Below are positions 1 to 11,037 of a stretch of 64,000 nt of DNA, piece after piece. This DNA comes from Octopus sinensis (Eukaryota), in assembly GCF_006345805.1 (NCBI RefSeq), contig NW_021825323.1:124001-188000 (forward strand), in the 5' to 3' direction. The notes below the pieces were generated by a model. That model searched no databases. It was not told where the DNA came from and saw nothing but the letters and a program-made list of their open reading frames with translations. The translations under genes and the position numbers were made by a program. The first letter of the stretch is position 1, and each line of letters begins with the position of its first letter.

Positions 1-585
1 GGAGTTCTTTTTTTTCTATAGGGACTCTGGGTTTTTTAATAGTATTAAGTTAATCTTTTATCCGAGCCTGAATAACTGGGAATCTTATTCTTGATCCCAT
101 TAATGTTTATTTGATAGATGGATAAATAACGTTATTGATTTAGCTTAAAGTTCGAAAATTTAATGATTAAAACTCTTTCACTACATAGAATAGGAAATAA
201 AGTGAATTCACTTATAATAGGAAATCTTTCTTCTTGTGGGATTATTAATGAAAAAAATACAAATTTGTTCGACAATAATTTTTTAATAAATTTCTCTTAT
301 TTCGGAAAGGCTAATTAAATTTATGTTTAAGAATTGGAAGGCGTTTCCATTTTTAGGGAATCACTTTGAGACACCCCGAGGAGCTTGGATAGAATCAAAC
401 GTCTCATTGTTTTATTTTAGAAAAAAGAAAGGATAAGCTCGAACCTGTTTGGCTCAAGTAAAGACTTAGTTTGGCAGTATTCCGAGTTAACGTTTTCGCT
501 ATCATCACCAGTAGTCATCCTTAACTTCCAAATATTCAATATTTGATGTTAAAATAAATTCAATATAAACGGATAAACCAAAAAA

Positions 586-2059
586 TCAATCGTTTTTATT
601 ATACGAATTATTTATAATATTGGGATCTTTATTTATCTTTTTGGGATTTGTATTTATAATATTAGGATTATTCTTTATAATAATAGGATTATTATTTCTC
701 TTTCTGGGATGCACTGTATTTTTAGGCCAAGATGTAATTTCGGCAGGAACTACACAATCAGACGGAAACCACCCACGCAACCGCACAATCCCTGTCAAAC
801 TATATCCAAGCACATACCCTGTCGTTTGTCCTGATCAGTCAAGCGCTTTTCCCCATAATACCACTTACTAAAAAATTAAATCGATTTACAATACCAATTC
901 CCACCAGCACATCTCGTAACAAGGACAAAATCACCATTTTCCAAAGGAATTCGATTAGAAAAAACACACGGAACACACAAAGAAGTTTTCAGACCAAATC
1001 CTTCACAGAGGGGAAAACAACGTCCTTTGTTAGCAATAACGACTTTATGAAGGACACTATGACTATATTTATATTTTTTCTGTTCAATTTGTTCAATCTA
1101 AAAATTTCAAAACGCCGATAACTGTTAAATCAAATTTATTAGAGCCATTCCGCAAGACCCAGCCATCAATACCATCACAGCCTTTATAGTGAAAAAACAG
1201 GTGATATAAATTTAATTTCCATCCTACATTGTAGGGATACACAAAATCAGGCAGCCCTTCCTCTTTGCGCCTGTTTTTAGCCTAACTTTCACATAATCAA
1301 GTACTTTTTCCACAATAAAGGATTCAATTGTTGTCATGTTTTGACTGACTAGTACCAACTAATCGGATTATAAAGTTATATACTTGACTGTAAAGCAAAA
1401 AACATATTGTAATCAGCACTGAAACATTCATAATAAAGGAAAGAGCGATGACCCCAGTCCAAATTAAACCAAATTTCATTATTATTGCGATCAATAAAAA
1501 TGACGAGTTGTAAAGTGCCCTCCCAACCGAAACCCAAAGACAGAGTGCGTAGAAAGTTGAAATGATGATGAAAACCAGATAAAACATAAAAGAGCGATGA
1601 TTTTCAAATCCACAACACGTGTTAATCCAAGGACAGTGGTGATCCATCTTCATTACACAACTACAATTATAAATGTACATATTCTACCGTTGACATGAAC
1701 TGCAATGGTGTGACCGGGGAGGCTTAAATCCGTTACAAATTGCACACCATTGGAGAAAAAATTGGTCAGATTTTTTTTTCTAAACAACTACAAAATGAAA
1801 TTGACACCGGCTTCCAGTTTAAGGGGACAAATCCAGGCCCGTTCATTAATGAAATTGAATGTGTAATTGGCACCAAAGATGTACAAAACCAGAAAATAAC
1901 AATTTCTATGTTTATCGTAATTCCTTGATAGGATTTGACCAATAAATATATTTGAGATATCGAAAATGTAACCCATAAATGGATAAATGTAGCAAAAAAA
2001 GGACCAGGGTGTAATCCCCTTAATAAAATCACTATCACCTCATTCAAATTAAATATCAT
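586..2059 (-). CDS. ZDHHC6: DHHC palmitoyltransferase with C-terminal SH3-like domain (ZDHHC6 ortholog), multi-exon
   Basis: Spliced translation gives GPGFVPLNWKP|KKKSDQFFLQWCAICNGFKPPRSHHCSSCQR|CVMKMDHHCPW. The C-terminal RIPLENGDFVLVTR...WYYGKK...RLRGWFPSDCV matches the ZDHHC6 SH3 region as I recall it. The two introns I traced are 27-28 nt GT-AG. Confidence 0.9.
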
Positions 2060-2481
2060 TTAAATATTTAGATTTATTTAAAATTAGAGTGATTCTTAAA
2101 CAAATTTTAGATTAAATAAAAATAACTCTATTTGAAGTGGTGGAAATGATTAATTTAAAATATGATTCAGGTCTAAATAATTAATTTACCATTATGGGCT
2201 CTGACAGCTTTTATAAATCTCTTGCCGAAGTATCCCAGCTTAACAGCCTTAGATGCGAAGAGTTTGGAAGTACATATCTATGTGAACAACTTTTCTCTTT
2301 ATTGAACATAAACAGAAGATGATGGTAACTTAGGATTGTCGCTATTAAGAAAAACAAAAGATGTCAAGTTTATAGAACATATTTTAGTTATGAAAATTAA
2401 TAAATCTGTTGTTAAATCCTCTTAAATATAAAAAAAAGTTTCAAATATTATAAAAATCATAGTACGAAACAAATATCTTGT

Positions 2482-2699
2482 TACGGCAATCGCCCTGGAG
2501 ACCGCTGGAGCTGCGGGAAAGGGGACTGACTCGTTCCTCAACGAGGTCGGACAGTCCATCGGGAGGAGGCTCAAGGACACGAGAGAGGGCCTCTGGTTCC
2601 GCCAGCGCATCGGCCTGGCCATTGTTCGGGGCAACGCACACTGCGTCCTTGCCGCTGGGACTTAACGATTTTCGTTGTCTTTTAATCAATTTCATAGAC
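2482..2699 (+). mobile_element. 5'-truncated CRE-like non-LTR retrotransposon 3' end with 10-bp TSD
   Basis: Encodes AIALETAGAAG...WFRQRIGLAIVRGNAHCVLAAGT*, the REL-element C-terminal QRIxxAxxRGN motif. AATATCTTGT flanks it at 2472-2481 and 2700-2709. Confidence 0.8.
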
Positions 2700-2779
2700 A
2701 ATATCTTGTCAAATCTTAAAATCAAAAACTACTAATCTGGCCGGCGGAATCAAAATTTTTTTAATCTATCCTGTTAAGA

Positions 2780-3350
2780 AAATGAGTTCGACATCCCTGC
2801 TCTAGAGGTTATATCGAAAGATCTCGAAATCTTTACTACGCGCTTATCCAAGTTGAAGTCGCATGTTTCCTTCTTCCTGCTAAGAATTTTCTGTTAATCA
2901 CGCATCTTATTTTTTTCTTCGATCGTCTTTGTCCGTCACCTATCAGGCATTAATCGTGTCTCACTCGCTGGCAACGATTTTAGACACCCTTTTTGAGTTA
3001 GACTCGTTTAACTGACAAATCTTCTAATTTGCCACAGAAGCATTGGTTTTCCCAGATATGTTGACCCCCCCCTGCCATGCTATTTCTCATCCATGGCTGT
3101 TTCCCTAAATCTCATAAACACTGTTCCCTCCCCTGCTATGAACTGTAACCTCGTGTCCTTTTATGAGACTGTAACAAATTATGTTTTTTGCAGTTGGGAA
3201 GTAATTCGTCAACCCCATTTCTCTTTAATTTATTTATTAATACACATTATGCATGAAGAACCTTCGTGAGATTCAATGTTTCAGCGTCTCTCATTTGAGG
3301 TCATCCGGGGAAACAGTCAGACAATCCTATCCGTTGGGGCTATGTGACCT
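2780..3350 (+). mobile_element. Degenerate CRE-like retrotransposon remnant
   Basis: Fragments LEVISKDLEIFTTRLSKLKSHVSFFLLR (RT thumb-like) and FQRLSFEVIRGNSQTILSVGAM* (C-terminus), with many stops and deletions. Confidence 0.6.
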
Positions 3351-3437
3351 TTTACCTTCTTCTTTTAAATATTAATAGTTTTATAAAAATCAAAATTATT
3401 AGTGTTTTTTTAAATATTAGGTTATATAGTATCTGAA

Positions 3438-4671
3438 ATGTCAATAAGTAAAATTCACTACGGCGTGACTTCAGATGGAAATTCTATCAAAGAGTTGAGT
3501 AAAATCATAAAAAATTTTGCAGATTCTGCTTAAAAACAAATTTTTGCAAAGTTAAGTTGATTAACTACGGAGCAACGATAACCTCTATTTGTGTACCTGA
3601 TAACAAAGAAAACTACTCTGACATCGTCCTAGGACATGATAATTTAAGAGGTATCTGTAAATTGAGAATATGAATATCAATTTTTGTAGAATATGAAAAC
3701 TGCAATGCTTATTTTGGGACTGTATGTGGAAGAGTAGCCAACAGAATAAGGAAAGGTCAATTCTTGTTGGACGGAAAATCTTACAAACTTTCTATGAACA
3801 TACCTGACGGGCATCTCCATGGAGGAATTGTTGGCTTTAATAAAAAGTGTTGGAATTTTTTTGAAACAGAGAACAATTCTATCGAATTTAATCTGTGCAG
3901 TCCAGAAGGAGACGAAGGTTATCCAGGCTCCCTAAATGTCTCCGTGAAATATTCGCTAGAAGATGTTTCTGTTAACGATTCAGAAATAAAATCATTTCTG
4001 AAAATTCTTTTTGTTGCAAAATCATCTTTACCTACAATTGTCAATTTAACAAACCATACATATTTCAATTTGGGTGGAAATGTTTTTAAATGTTTTTTTT
4101 ATGTTTTCGTAGACTTCGGGGTCGATAAATGATCATCTTTTTCAGTTCCCAGGTGCCTTTTACACTCCACTCGATTCTAATATGTTACCAACAGGTCAGA
4201 TGCTGAAAAACTGTTTTTAGGTGAAGTCAGAAGTGTCATAGACACTCCATATGATTTTAGAATCCCAACAATCTTTTCTAAGGCATTTTCTTTGAATAAA
4301 TGGAGGGGATTTGACATAAACTATTGCTATGGATCTCCCGGTTACATGAAAACGATGGGAACGTAAATTTTGTCATATTTCTTTCAGAGTGATTCACAGA
4401 CCAAGCGGACGTGTTATGACTGTGGAAAGTAGTCAGCCAGGAATGCAGTTTTATACGGGAAACTATTTGAACAATATTTGTGGAAAAGACGGCTGTTGTT
4501 ATAACCCTCGTGACGGTTTTTGTCTTGAAACACAAAATTATCCTGACGCTATTAACAATGTAAGAGTTTTATGTACTAATAAATTAGTTACATTGTTTTC
4601 CTTCTCCAATATTACGTCCTGACGAGGAATATCGGCATGAGACAACCTATACTTTTTCAGTTTTATATTGA
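3438..4671 (+). CDS. GALM: Galactose mutarotase / aldose 1-epimerase
   Basis: Spliced ORF MSISKIHYGVTSDG...LINYGATI...DIVLG...GRVANRI...HLHGG...GYPG...NLTNHTYFNL...GMQFYTGN...GFCLETQNYPDAIN...YRHETTYTF. Six introns of 25-39 nt restore the frame. Confidence 0.93.
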
Positions 4672-4960
4672 ATTTCTAAGCGTCAACCTCAACATTTATA
4701 ATATCAAATCACTAAAATGGCCTGCCTTGTCTTAAACTTGTTACTAACTTGATAAAAATTACAAATAACACAGCTACTTTTGAATTATAGGAAGAAATAT
4801 TTTGGTCACTATTGACAAAATATATCGAAGCAGAAATACTCATTCTACCAAGTCCGAGAAAGTGAAATTCCAAAATAAACAAAGTCCAACTCAAACATGC
4901 GAAAAAATCTCAGGATAGTAGTATAGGAAAAAAATTATGCAACCAGTTAATACGGGCTAT

Positions 4961-5949
4961 ATCTATACTATTTTCAGTTCAAGTTTGACAATTTTTGTAT
5001 CGATTTTGACAATGCAATATTCAATTTTAACAATGCAATAATCAATATTGACAAGACAATTTTTATTAATCAGGTCAGTTTAATGGAATCGCAATCGTAT
5101 AATTTGAAATAATTTTTTCCTGCATTTCTGTAAAAATTACGTATTTTCTCCCAAGTTAGATTTTTCATCGAATATTCTAACGCATTTTGCAATAATAATG
5201 CTCAAAATTTCGTCAGGGTTCCATTTCCTGCTACATGAGGATGAGAATTATTGTGATTAGATAAATATGTCTTTATTTCAGCCTTGAAAATCGAAAAACA
5301 GCCTTCGCATGGATAAAGCTACGGAGAATATGGTGCATCAAATCTTCGAATTGTATGTTCTACTTGCACGCCTTCAAAATTTCCTTGTTTTTTATGGATT
5401 GGAGCATTATCCATATAAATAATAATTTCCTCTCCAGCTGAACTGTCAGATAATGCCGTCATAAAATTGCAAAATTTCGTTCTCTTCGCAGCATTTTGTA
5501 GGTAATCAAACGCCCATCAAGTCGTTTATAAATTGTCGCAATACAAACTTTATTATTTACCAATTTTCGTAATTCCTTCAATGTTATCGATGGATTATTT
5601 TCAATTATCAAATTTATATCATCATCCGTAAGTTTAATCGTAGCATCCCCTCTACCTCCATGTTTACAAAAATACGGATTTCCACTTTTTACAATGGCTA
5701 TAGCTGTTGTCCTCTTGACACCAAGATCGCGAGCAAGCTGTATATAATCGCCACCCTCTTCATCCTTATTTATAAGTGCTCTTCTTGTAGCTTCTGACAC
5801 TCTTGAATTTTTTCATGACATAAAATTTGTACAGGAACGGCGAATCAGAAAATATAAAATAAATGACAAATCGGCAAAAGTCAAAATTAACATAAAAATG
5901 TCAAAATTGATATAAAAATCGTCAAACTTGAATTGAAAATGGTATAGAT
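4961..5949 (-). mobile_element. Internally deleted IS630/Tc1-like DNA transposon
   Basis: Imperfect TIRs of about 51 bp (4961-5011 and 5899-5949). HTH N-terminus (ORF 5459-5800) and DDE C-terminal remnant YMDNAPIH...APYSP*LYPCEGCFS. Confidence 0.8.
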
Positions 5950-6244
5950 TGTTTATGTAACCAGTTAATACGGGTTATATTTATTAGAAAAGCGGGCTGG
6001 TTCCAGGATAATAAATTTTTGATATCATGCTCTCAGGGGTTTTCTTTATAGTAAGTGATTGAATGTATGCGTGCGTTCTCACCGATGTTAAGCGAACGTG
6101 CAGATTGTAAGAATTTTTGAGTAACCAGCCCATCCCATGTTAATACAATAGGTACTATTATCAGGATTAATACTGATTAGAATATTTTATTTGTCAACGT
6201 TTGTATTTATTTTTATTAAAATAAAGACCAAAAATATCAAAATT

Positions 6245-7822
6245 TCATGACAATAAATTATCTACCAACGGAAGAACAATACGTTCCCACTGAGTTTCCC
6301 ATGTATTATCAAAGCCAATAGTAAGCTTATTCCGACAATTTTCGAAATTTTTGGAAATATCCTAAAATATTACAAGCCACAAATACAATAATAAGCTCTG
6401 CCAAATTAGAGGAATTGTTGAAAGTAAACCCATTCGAACCATAAGAGACGAGTTCTTCAATACTATTAATAACCTCAAAACAACAAAAACCAAGGATAGT
6501 GATATGCCAAGACAACCAATCCGGCAGCCATCATATCAACCACTTTCATAGGTAAATCTAATCCCGAAGATGAAGTGTGGAGACTCACGCCAACATCGGC
6601 AGCCCCTGAGTGTGATTTAATAATGACTAATAAAACTGAGCATAAGTGGATAGTCCTCTGCTTCAAGCCAAAGGGTGGTGATTGTAACATGTTTGTAACC
6701 TCGCTGAGATATTGATTCCAAATATTGTTCTTTTAAAGGTCCTTTTCCAGTAATGAAACATTGGATGTTTCGAAGCAGGGAGCTACTGGCAATCTCTTCG
6801 TAAACTACAGAATTTTATTTTTCTTAAAAATAAAGCCATCAAATGCGTTCAAAAGTATGGAAAAGTCTTCATCCGCTATTTAAAGTGATTAGAGACAAAA
6901 ACCTGTCCAACTAGTAGAACTAACCAAAATGAGGCTCTTCGTGGATAAACTAAACAATAATTTTAAACAAAAAACATTGACTTGGTTAATTTATATTTTT
7001 CCACAAGAAATGCTCTCAATTTATCTTTATTTTCAAATGAAGAAAAAATAAGACGATTTGGTGGGCGATCGTAGAGAATCTTGGCACTACATTTATTAAA
7101 AATCTAAAAAACTGAATATCCCAATTTTTGCTCAAATCAATAGCCATTGACCTGCTCACGCACAAATTCTCAGCAGCAAGTCGACCAAATATTTTTTCGT
7201 ATCTGAAAGTATATTAATAGAAAAAGAATACATTTTATAAATTTTAATGATTATCTTATTTTTCGTGTTACATGCAAGAATCGTATATCCGTAATTATGC
7301 CAGTCCACCACCACTGGCGCTCCATTCAATAGGGAGATTGAAAAAACTACTGCCAAAGAAGGAATACTTGGGGGATTCTTGAAATTGATTTATGTGAGTT
7401 ACCTGAACTAGTATAATATGATGTCTAATGTGAAGAAGCATGGAGAAAAACAGACTCAAATGAAGCCAGACCGATTTGATAAAATAGTTAAGAATCGAAT
7501 TTTTTGAGAAAATATTGTTTATTCTTGAAATATTGATTATTTTTATTTTTTCGTTTTTTATAACATTATCGATAGGAGTTGATTCTTAATATTTTAGGCA
7601 ATCAAGTGACATACCGTGGAATCCGAAGATTAGTGTCTTGTAACCATTTTCTGATAGAGACACTGAATGGTTTTGCATTCGAGGACTTCGTCCAATATCT
7701 CCGACAACTACGACAGCAGCTACGGGTGTTCCTTTGCCGCAGCGTAGTAAATATCGTAAAATATTCATATAAAGTCTGATAGCCGACATGATGGTTACAA
7801 TAATAAGGAAATAGCTAAGCAT
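6245..7822 (-). CDS. ALG1: Chitobiosyldiphosphodolichol beta-mannosyltransferase
   Basis: Diagnostic ALG1 motifs [49 protein letters not shown] and ELVSYGSNG. Probable end [18 protein letters not shown]. Multi-exon; not every intron was traced. Confidence 0.92.
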
Positions 7823-7939
7823 CCTAACTCCACATCGAAACTTGGTTTTTTAATTTATTTAGAATGAATTGAATTGTATATATTGTTTAAGAAAAACCCA
7901 AAAAACAAATCATTAACAGGAAGATTAAAACAAGGCCCA

Positions 7940-8205
7940 ACAAAGGGCCCTCAGATTAACCGATCGTTGGTCGCATGATAGCCAACACACCGGTACAGCC
8001 TCTCTGGAAGACCTCATCAAGCTGAACCTCGGCCCGTCGGCGAATTCTCCGCCAAAAACGGCCTGCCGCCCGGTGCGATCTTGTGTGGGCTCGTGGAAAG
8101 ATCATCGGGCGAAGATGAGGTCCTTGGTCGAGTGCATCGAGATCACGTGACCTTTGTTTTTGACTCTTACCGTGGTCTTGGCGGCTAAATAAAATAAAAT
8201 AAGGC
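7940..8205 (+). mobile_element. LINE 3' end, truncated copy of the 57.6-60.3 kb family
   Basis: Close match to the reverse complement of about 57640-57900 (gggccctcagattaaccgatcgttggtc...). Ends in a (TAAAA)n-like tail. Confidence 0.8.
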
Positions 8206-8214
8206 ACCGAAGTG

Positions 8215-8600
8215 TCTCTCTCCATGCTAACCCTAGTTATAATTACTCACACAACTTTCCTCTATGTTCCGTCAAGTTGTACGCCGTAACCCAGTTTCAA
8301 TGCGAAACGTCTTGTCCTTTCCAACTGTCACTCTTATCCGTACCGACCGAACAAGTCCTCGTAGCCATATGCGAGGACTGGCTGTAGACACGTTCTGTAC
8401 ACGTAGATGTACGTTTCTGGAGCTAGATGGGACCTGGTTAAGGTTTTAAGGATCCTCACAGTCCTTTTCTTCTGATTTGCTACATGGTCGGCGTACAAGG
8501 CACGACAGTTGACAATTACTCTAAGGTAGTGTAAATTCAAGGTCTTGGAGAGATCCATAGCATAACCACTTATAGTATAAACGTACGACACCGCACAAAG
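8215..8600 (-). mobile_element. Diverged LINE 3' fragment related to the 43.4-46.8 kb family
   Basis: RILKTLTRSHLAPETYIYVYRTCLQPVLAYGYE resembles QILRSIIHFHLSPETFLYVYKTCVEPLLTYGFE at about 46.4 kb. Confidence 0.65.
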
Positions 8601-8609
8601 ATTTCCTAT

Positions 8610-9060
8610 CCATAAATGGTGCTCTTCTCAGATCCGGTTTTAAAAGAATTCGGATATACCGAGGAGTCGGTTTAGAGGATTTGACTGTAGTCAAATCCAG
8701 GTGCCTTGTTCTTCAACCCAGCAATTAGCAATTGGCCACTTTTGCAATAGTAGATTTGATTTTGTCAATCTCAACTTTTAGGCAGCATTTAATTGCAATT
8801 CTTCAAAATACCTTTCGTTCTGATCAGAGTAACAAGTTTTGGATTCATTTAATGCTTAAACCATTTTTCTCAGCATAAGCATCCAGGAATTTTATGATTA
8901 AGGATCTATGGTGTTTTTCAAAATTGTCGACATCATCTTTGCACCCCAGGGGCTGGAGCACGACAGTTCAAAGAGACTCCCGTATAGATGATTTGAATGA
9001 ACTCTAGTTCATATTTATGAGGCTGTCTCATTATTTTAATTAGACCAGCTCGAAATTCTG
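8610..9060 (-). mobile_element. Highly decayed non-LTR fragment (pre-RT region)
   Basis: An NKAPGFD motif, typical just upstream of RT domain 0/1, in a stop-ridden frame. Confidence 0.35.
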
Positions 9061-9329
9061 GGAAAAAGTTACTTTCACTATAATAAGAAAGATTTGATTT
9101 CTTTTTTTATCAAAAACACAAAAATGAACCTGTTTTGTTTGCAGTTATATTTGTCTTTATCTGACTTGTCAAGGTTCTTTTTTACCACAAATTCACTGAA
9201 ATAACAATTTGCATCTTCCATCATTTCGACAAAAACACTGGCACTGCTCGGCTTCAAATCTTTAAAAATTGAATTTTTTTTATTAAAGACCAAAGACGGG
9301 TAAGCCATTTAATTATAATAATCCCCGTG

Positions 9330-9560
9330 ATCGCCGATCCAAACGAGGGAGATCCTACTGAAAGGTTCGATCCTGCCCGCATGATCGGCCTGAGACGACG
9401 ATGTCCCAGGGTCTGAGATCTAGAAGTCCTTTTTCGGTAGGCATTAAGTGCCTCCTGAGCATTGCTATATCAGATTGGAATTTTCCAACTGACATGGTGG
9501 ACCCCATAACGCCACGCTAAGACCGGAAGGAAGGTAATAGATAAGTAGATTGAAAAAGCA
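9330..9560 (-). repeat. Dispersed repeat also present at about 34700-34900 (+)
   Basis: The reverse complement matches ccttccggtcttagcgt.gcgttatggggtccaccatgtc...cacttaatgcctaccgaaaaag...gggcaggatcgaacctttcag at 34.7-34.9 kb. Family not recognised. Confidence 0.7.
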
Positions 9561-9599
9561 AAAGTAGAAATATACACTACAGTGATAAACAAAATTTTA

Positions 9600-10940
9600 G
9601 TTTCTTTGGCTTTATGAGAATAGTCCTTTTAATCGGGAGAGTTATTTTCATCTTCAGACACGTTGATGTCGACGATACATCAATGTGCGGGTTTTCCAGA
9701 CTGCTAAAGAGAGTCTTTTTAAAGACTTTTAAGTTGATCTTTTTATTTGATCCCCCTGAAGTTTGATCAACTCCTTCACATTTACTTGGGTACCACCCAT
9801 AACATACTTAGCCGACACTTAGCCTTTTGTGGTCCCAAAATGCGTATAACGCGCTTTTTCAGCAGCAAGGATGGCATCCTTTCTTTGGATAAACTTGACC
9901 TACTCCACAAGGTGTCGTGCATCTTAGTAAGAATTTGCTCACTTAAGTGGGCGATATTACTCAGTCCACGTCCAAGCTGCCCACGATATGTATAATTTTT
10001 CTTTTTGCTTGCCAACACGTGGACTTACTCTTTCGGAGTACTCTTCGGATATTAAGCTCAATTTCATCGTACTCAGTCGGTTTGAATTCGATCGGGCCAA
10101 CTTATAGTTTAGCAGTGAGATCACGTACTCGTTAAAGGCATGAATAAGTTCCGTGAATTGAGGCGAGATTTGCATTCTGGTACGCACACCTTCCACCACA
10201 CACTTCCTCATTTCGGATGTGATTAATGAGGCTAGACTCTCAGACAGACAGAATTTTATTTTAAAAACAGACACAGTTACAGAAATTTTTGACGTCCGAT
10301 ACAACGAGACGACTACTCTAGGAAGTCGAACTCTTCGGAGGAAACGTCAATTTGCTGTCTGGAGCAAATTAGGCGGTTACCGGTCCCGATCGATCAATAG
10401 GTCGGTCACTTGAGATTTTCTCCGGAAAGACTGGATAGATTTCTCAATGATCTGCCGTATCTCCGGGGACTTCTTCTCGCCCAGCTTGGGACCGGGCCTC
10501 GTGGGTCAAGCCTATAAGCTAGCTTCAGCCCATGGCGCCGGATTTTTTCGCATTTCCTGTTAATTTTCTTGAAATCTTTCGAGTATAACCACGCTTCCAT
10601 CCCGTACAGCAAGCTGGGTAGGATGGTTGCGTGGAACACGAAGAGGAAAGTCCTTGGGTCCAGATGCATGCTTCTTAAGAGGCGAAGAGTTGCGATGGCT
10701 TTCGCTCTCTTTTTTCTTGACATGCAGACAGTAACCCGGGTTAGCGTCAATTCTAATCCCCAGGTAACTTGTGCAGCTTGGGCGGTCAATTTCACCTAGG
10801 GACCCGGAACTCTGACTTTGTGTTGATTCGCAGGTAAGCGGATTTGTCAAATTCATGAAAATTTCCAAGGCTTTGACCATTGAGTGGAGAATCTCTGAAG
10901 ACCGAGCTAACAGTTTAATGTCGTCTATAAGCATGAGATG
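9600..10940 (-). mobile_element. R4/Dong-like non-LTR remnant interrupted by a LINE fragment (about 10400-10800)
   Basis: LIDDIKLLARS (RT motif) lies at about 10.9 kb. The region after the insert encodes a RGQLGRGLSNIAHLSEQILTKMHDTLW frame homologous to 63.3-63.75 kb. The insert encodes HLDPRTFLFVFHATILPSLLYGMEAW. Confidence 0.7.
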
Positions 10941-11037
10941 GTTGGTGGTAAAACTCCCTTTATTGCAAGTAAAAAATATACTATATAATTTTAATAAAAT
11001 TAAGTTCCCATAGTATTAAAACACTGAAACAATATTA

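Noticed and set aside
1-525. Candidate gene downstream of ZDHHC6 on the minus strand (MTTGDDSENVNSEY...)
   Set aside because: One plausible 44-nt intron, but I could not build a continuous frame or recognise a family, and the region runs to the window edge.
620-871. Hydrophobic 83-aa plus-strand ORF
   Set aside because: Antisense shadow of the repetitive ZDHHC6 tail.
9078-9308. 76-aa minus-strand ORF
   Set aside because: No motif, AT-rich, and lies between TE remnants.
9364-9373. tRNA T-loop or B-box-like GGTTCGATCC
   Set aside because: No acceptor, D or anticodon stems nearby. It lies inside the dispersed repeat shared with 34.85 kb.
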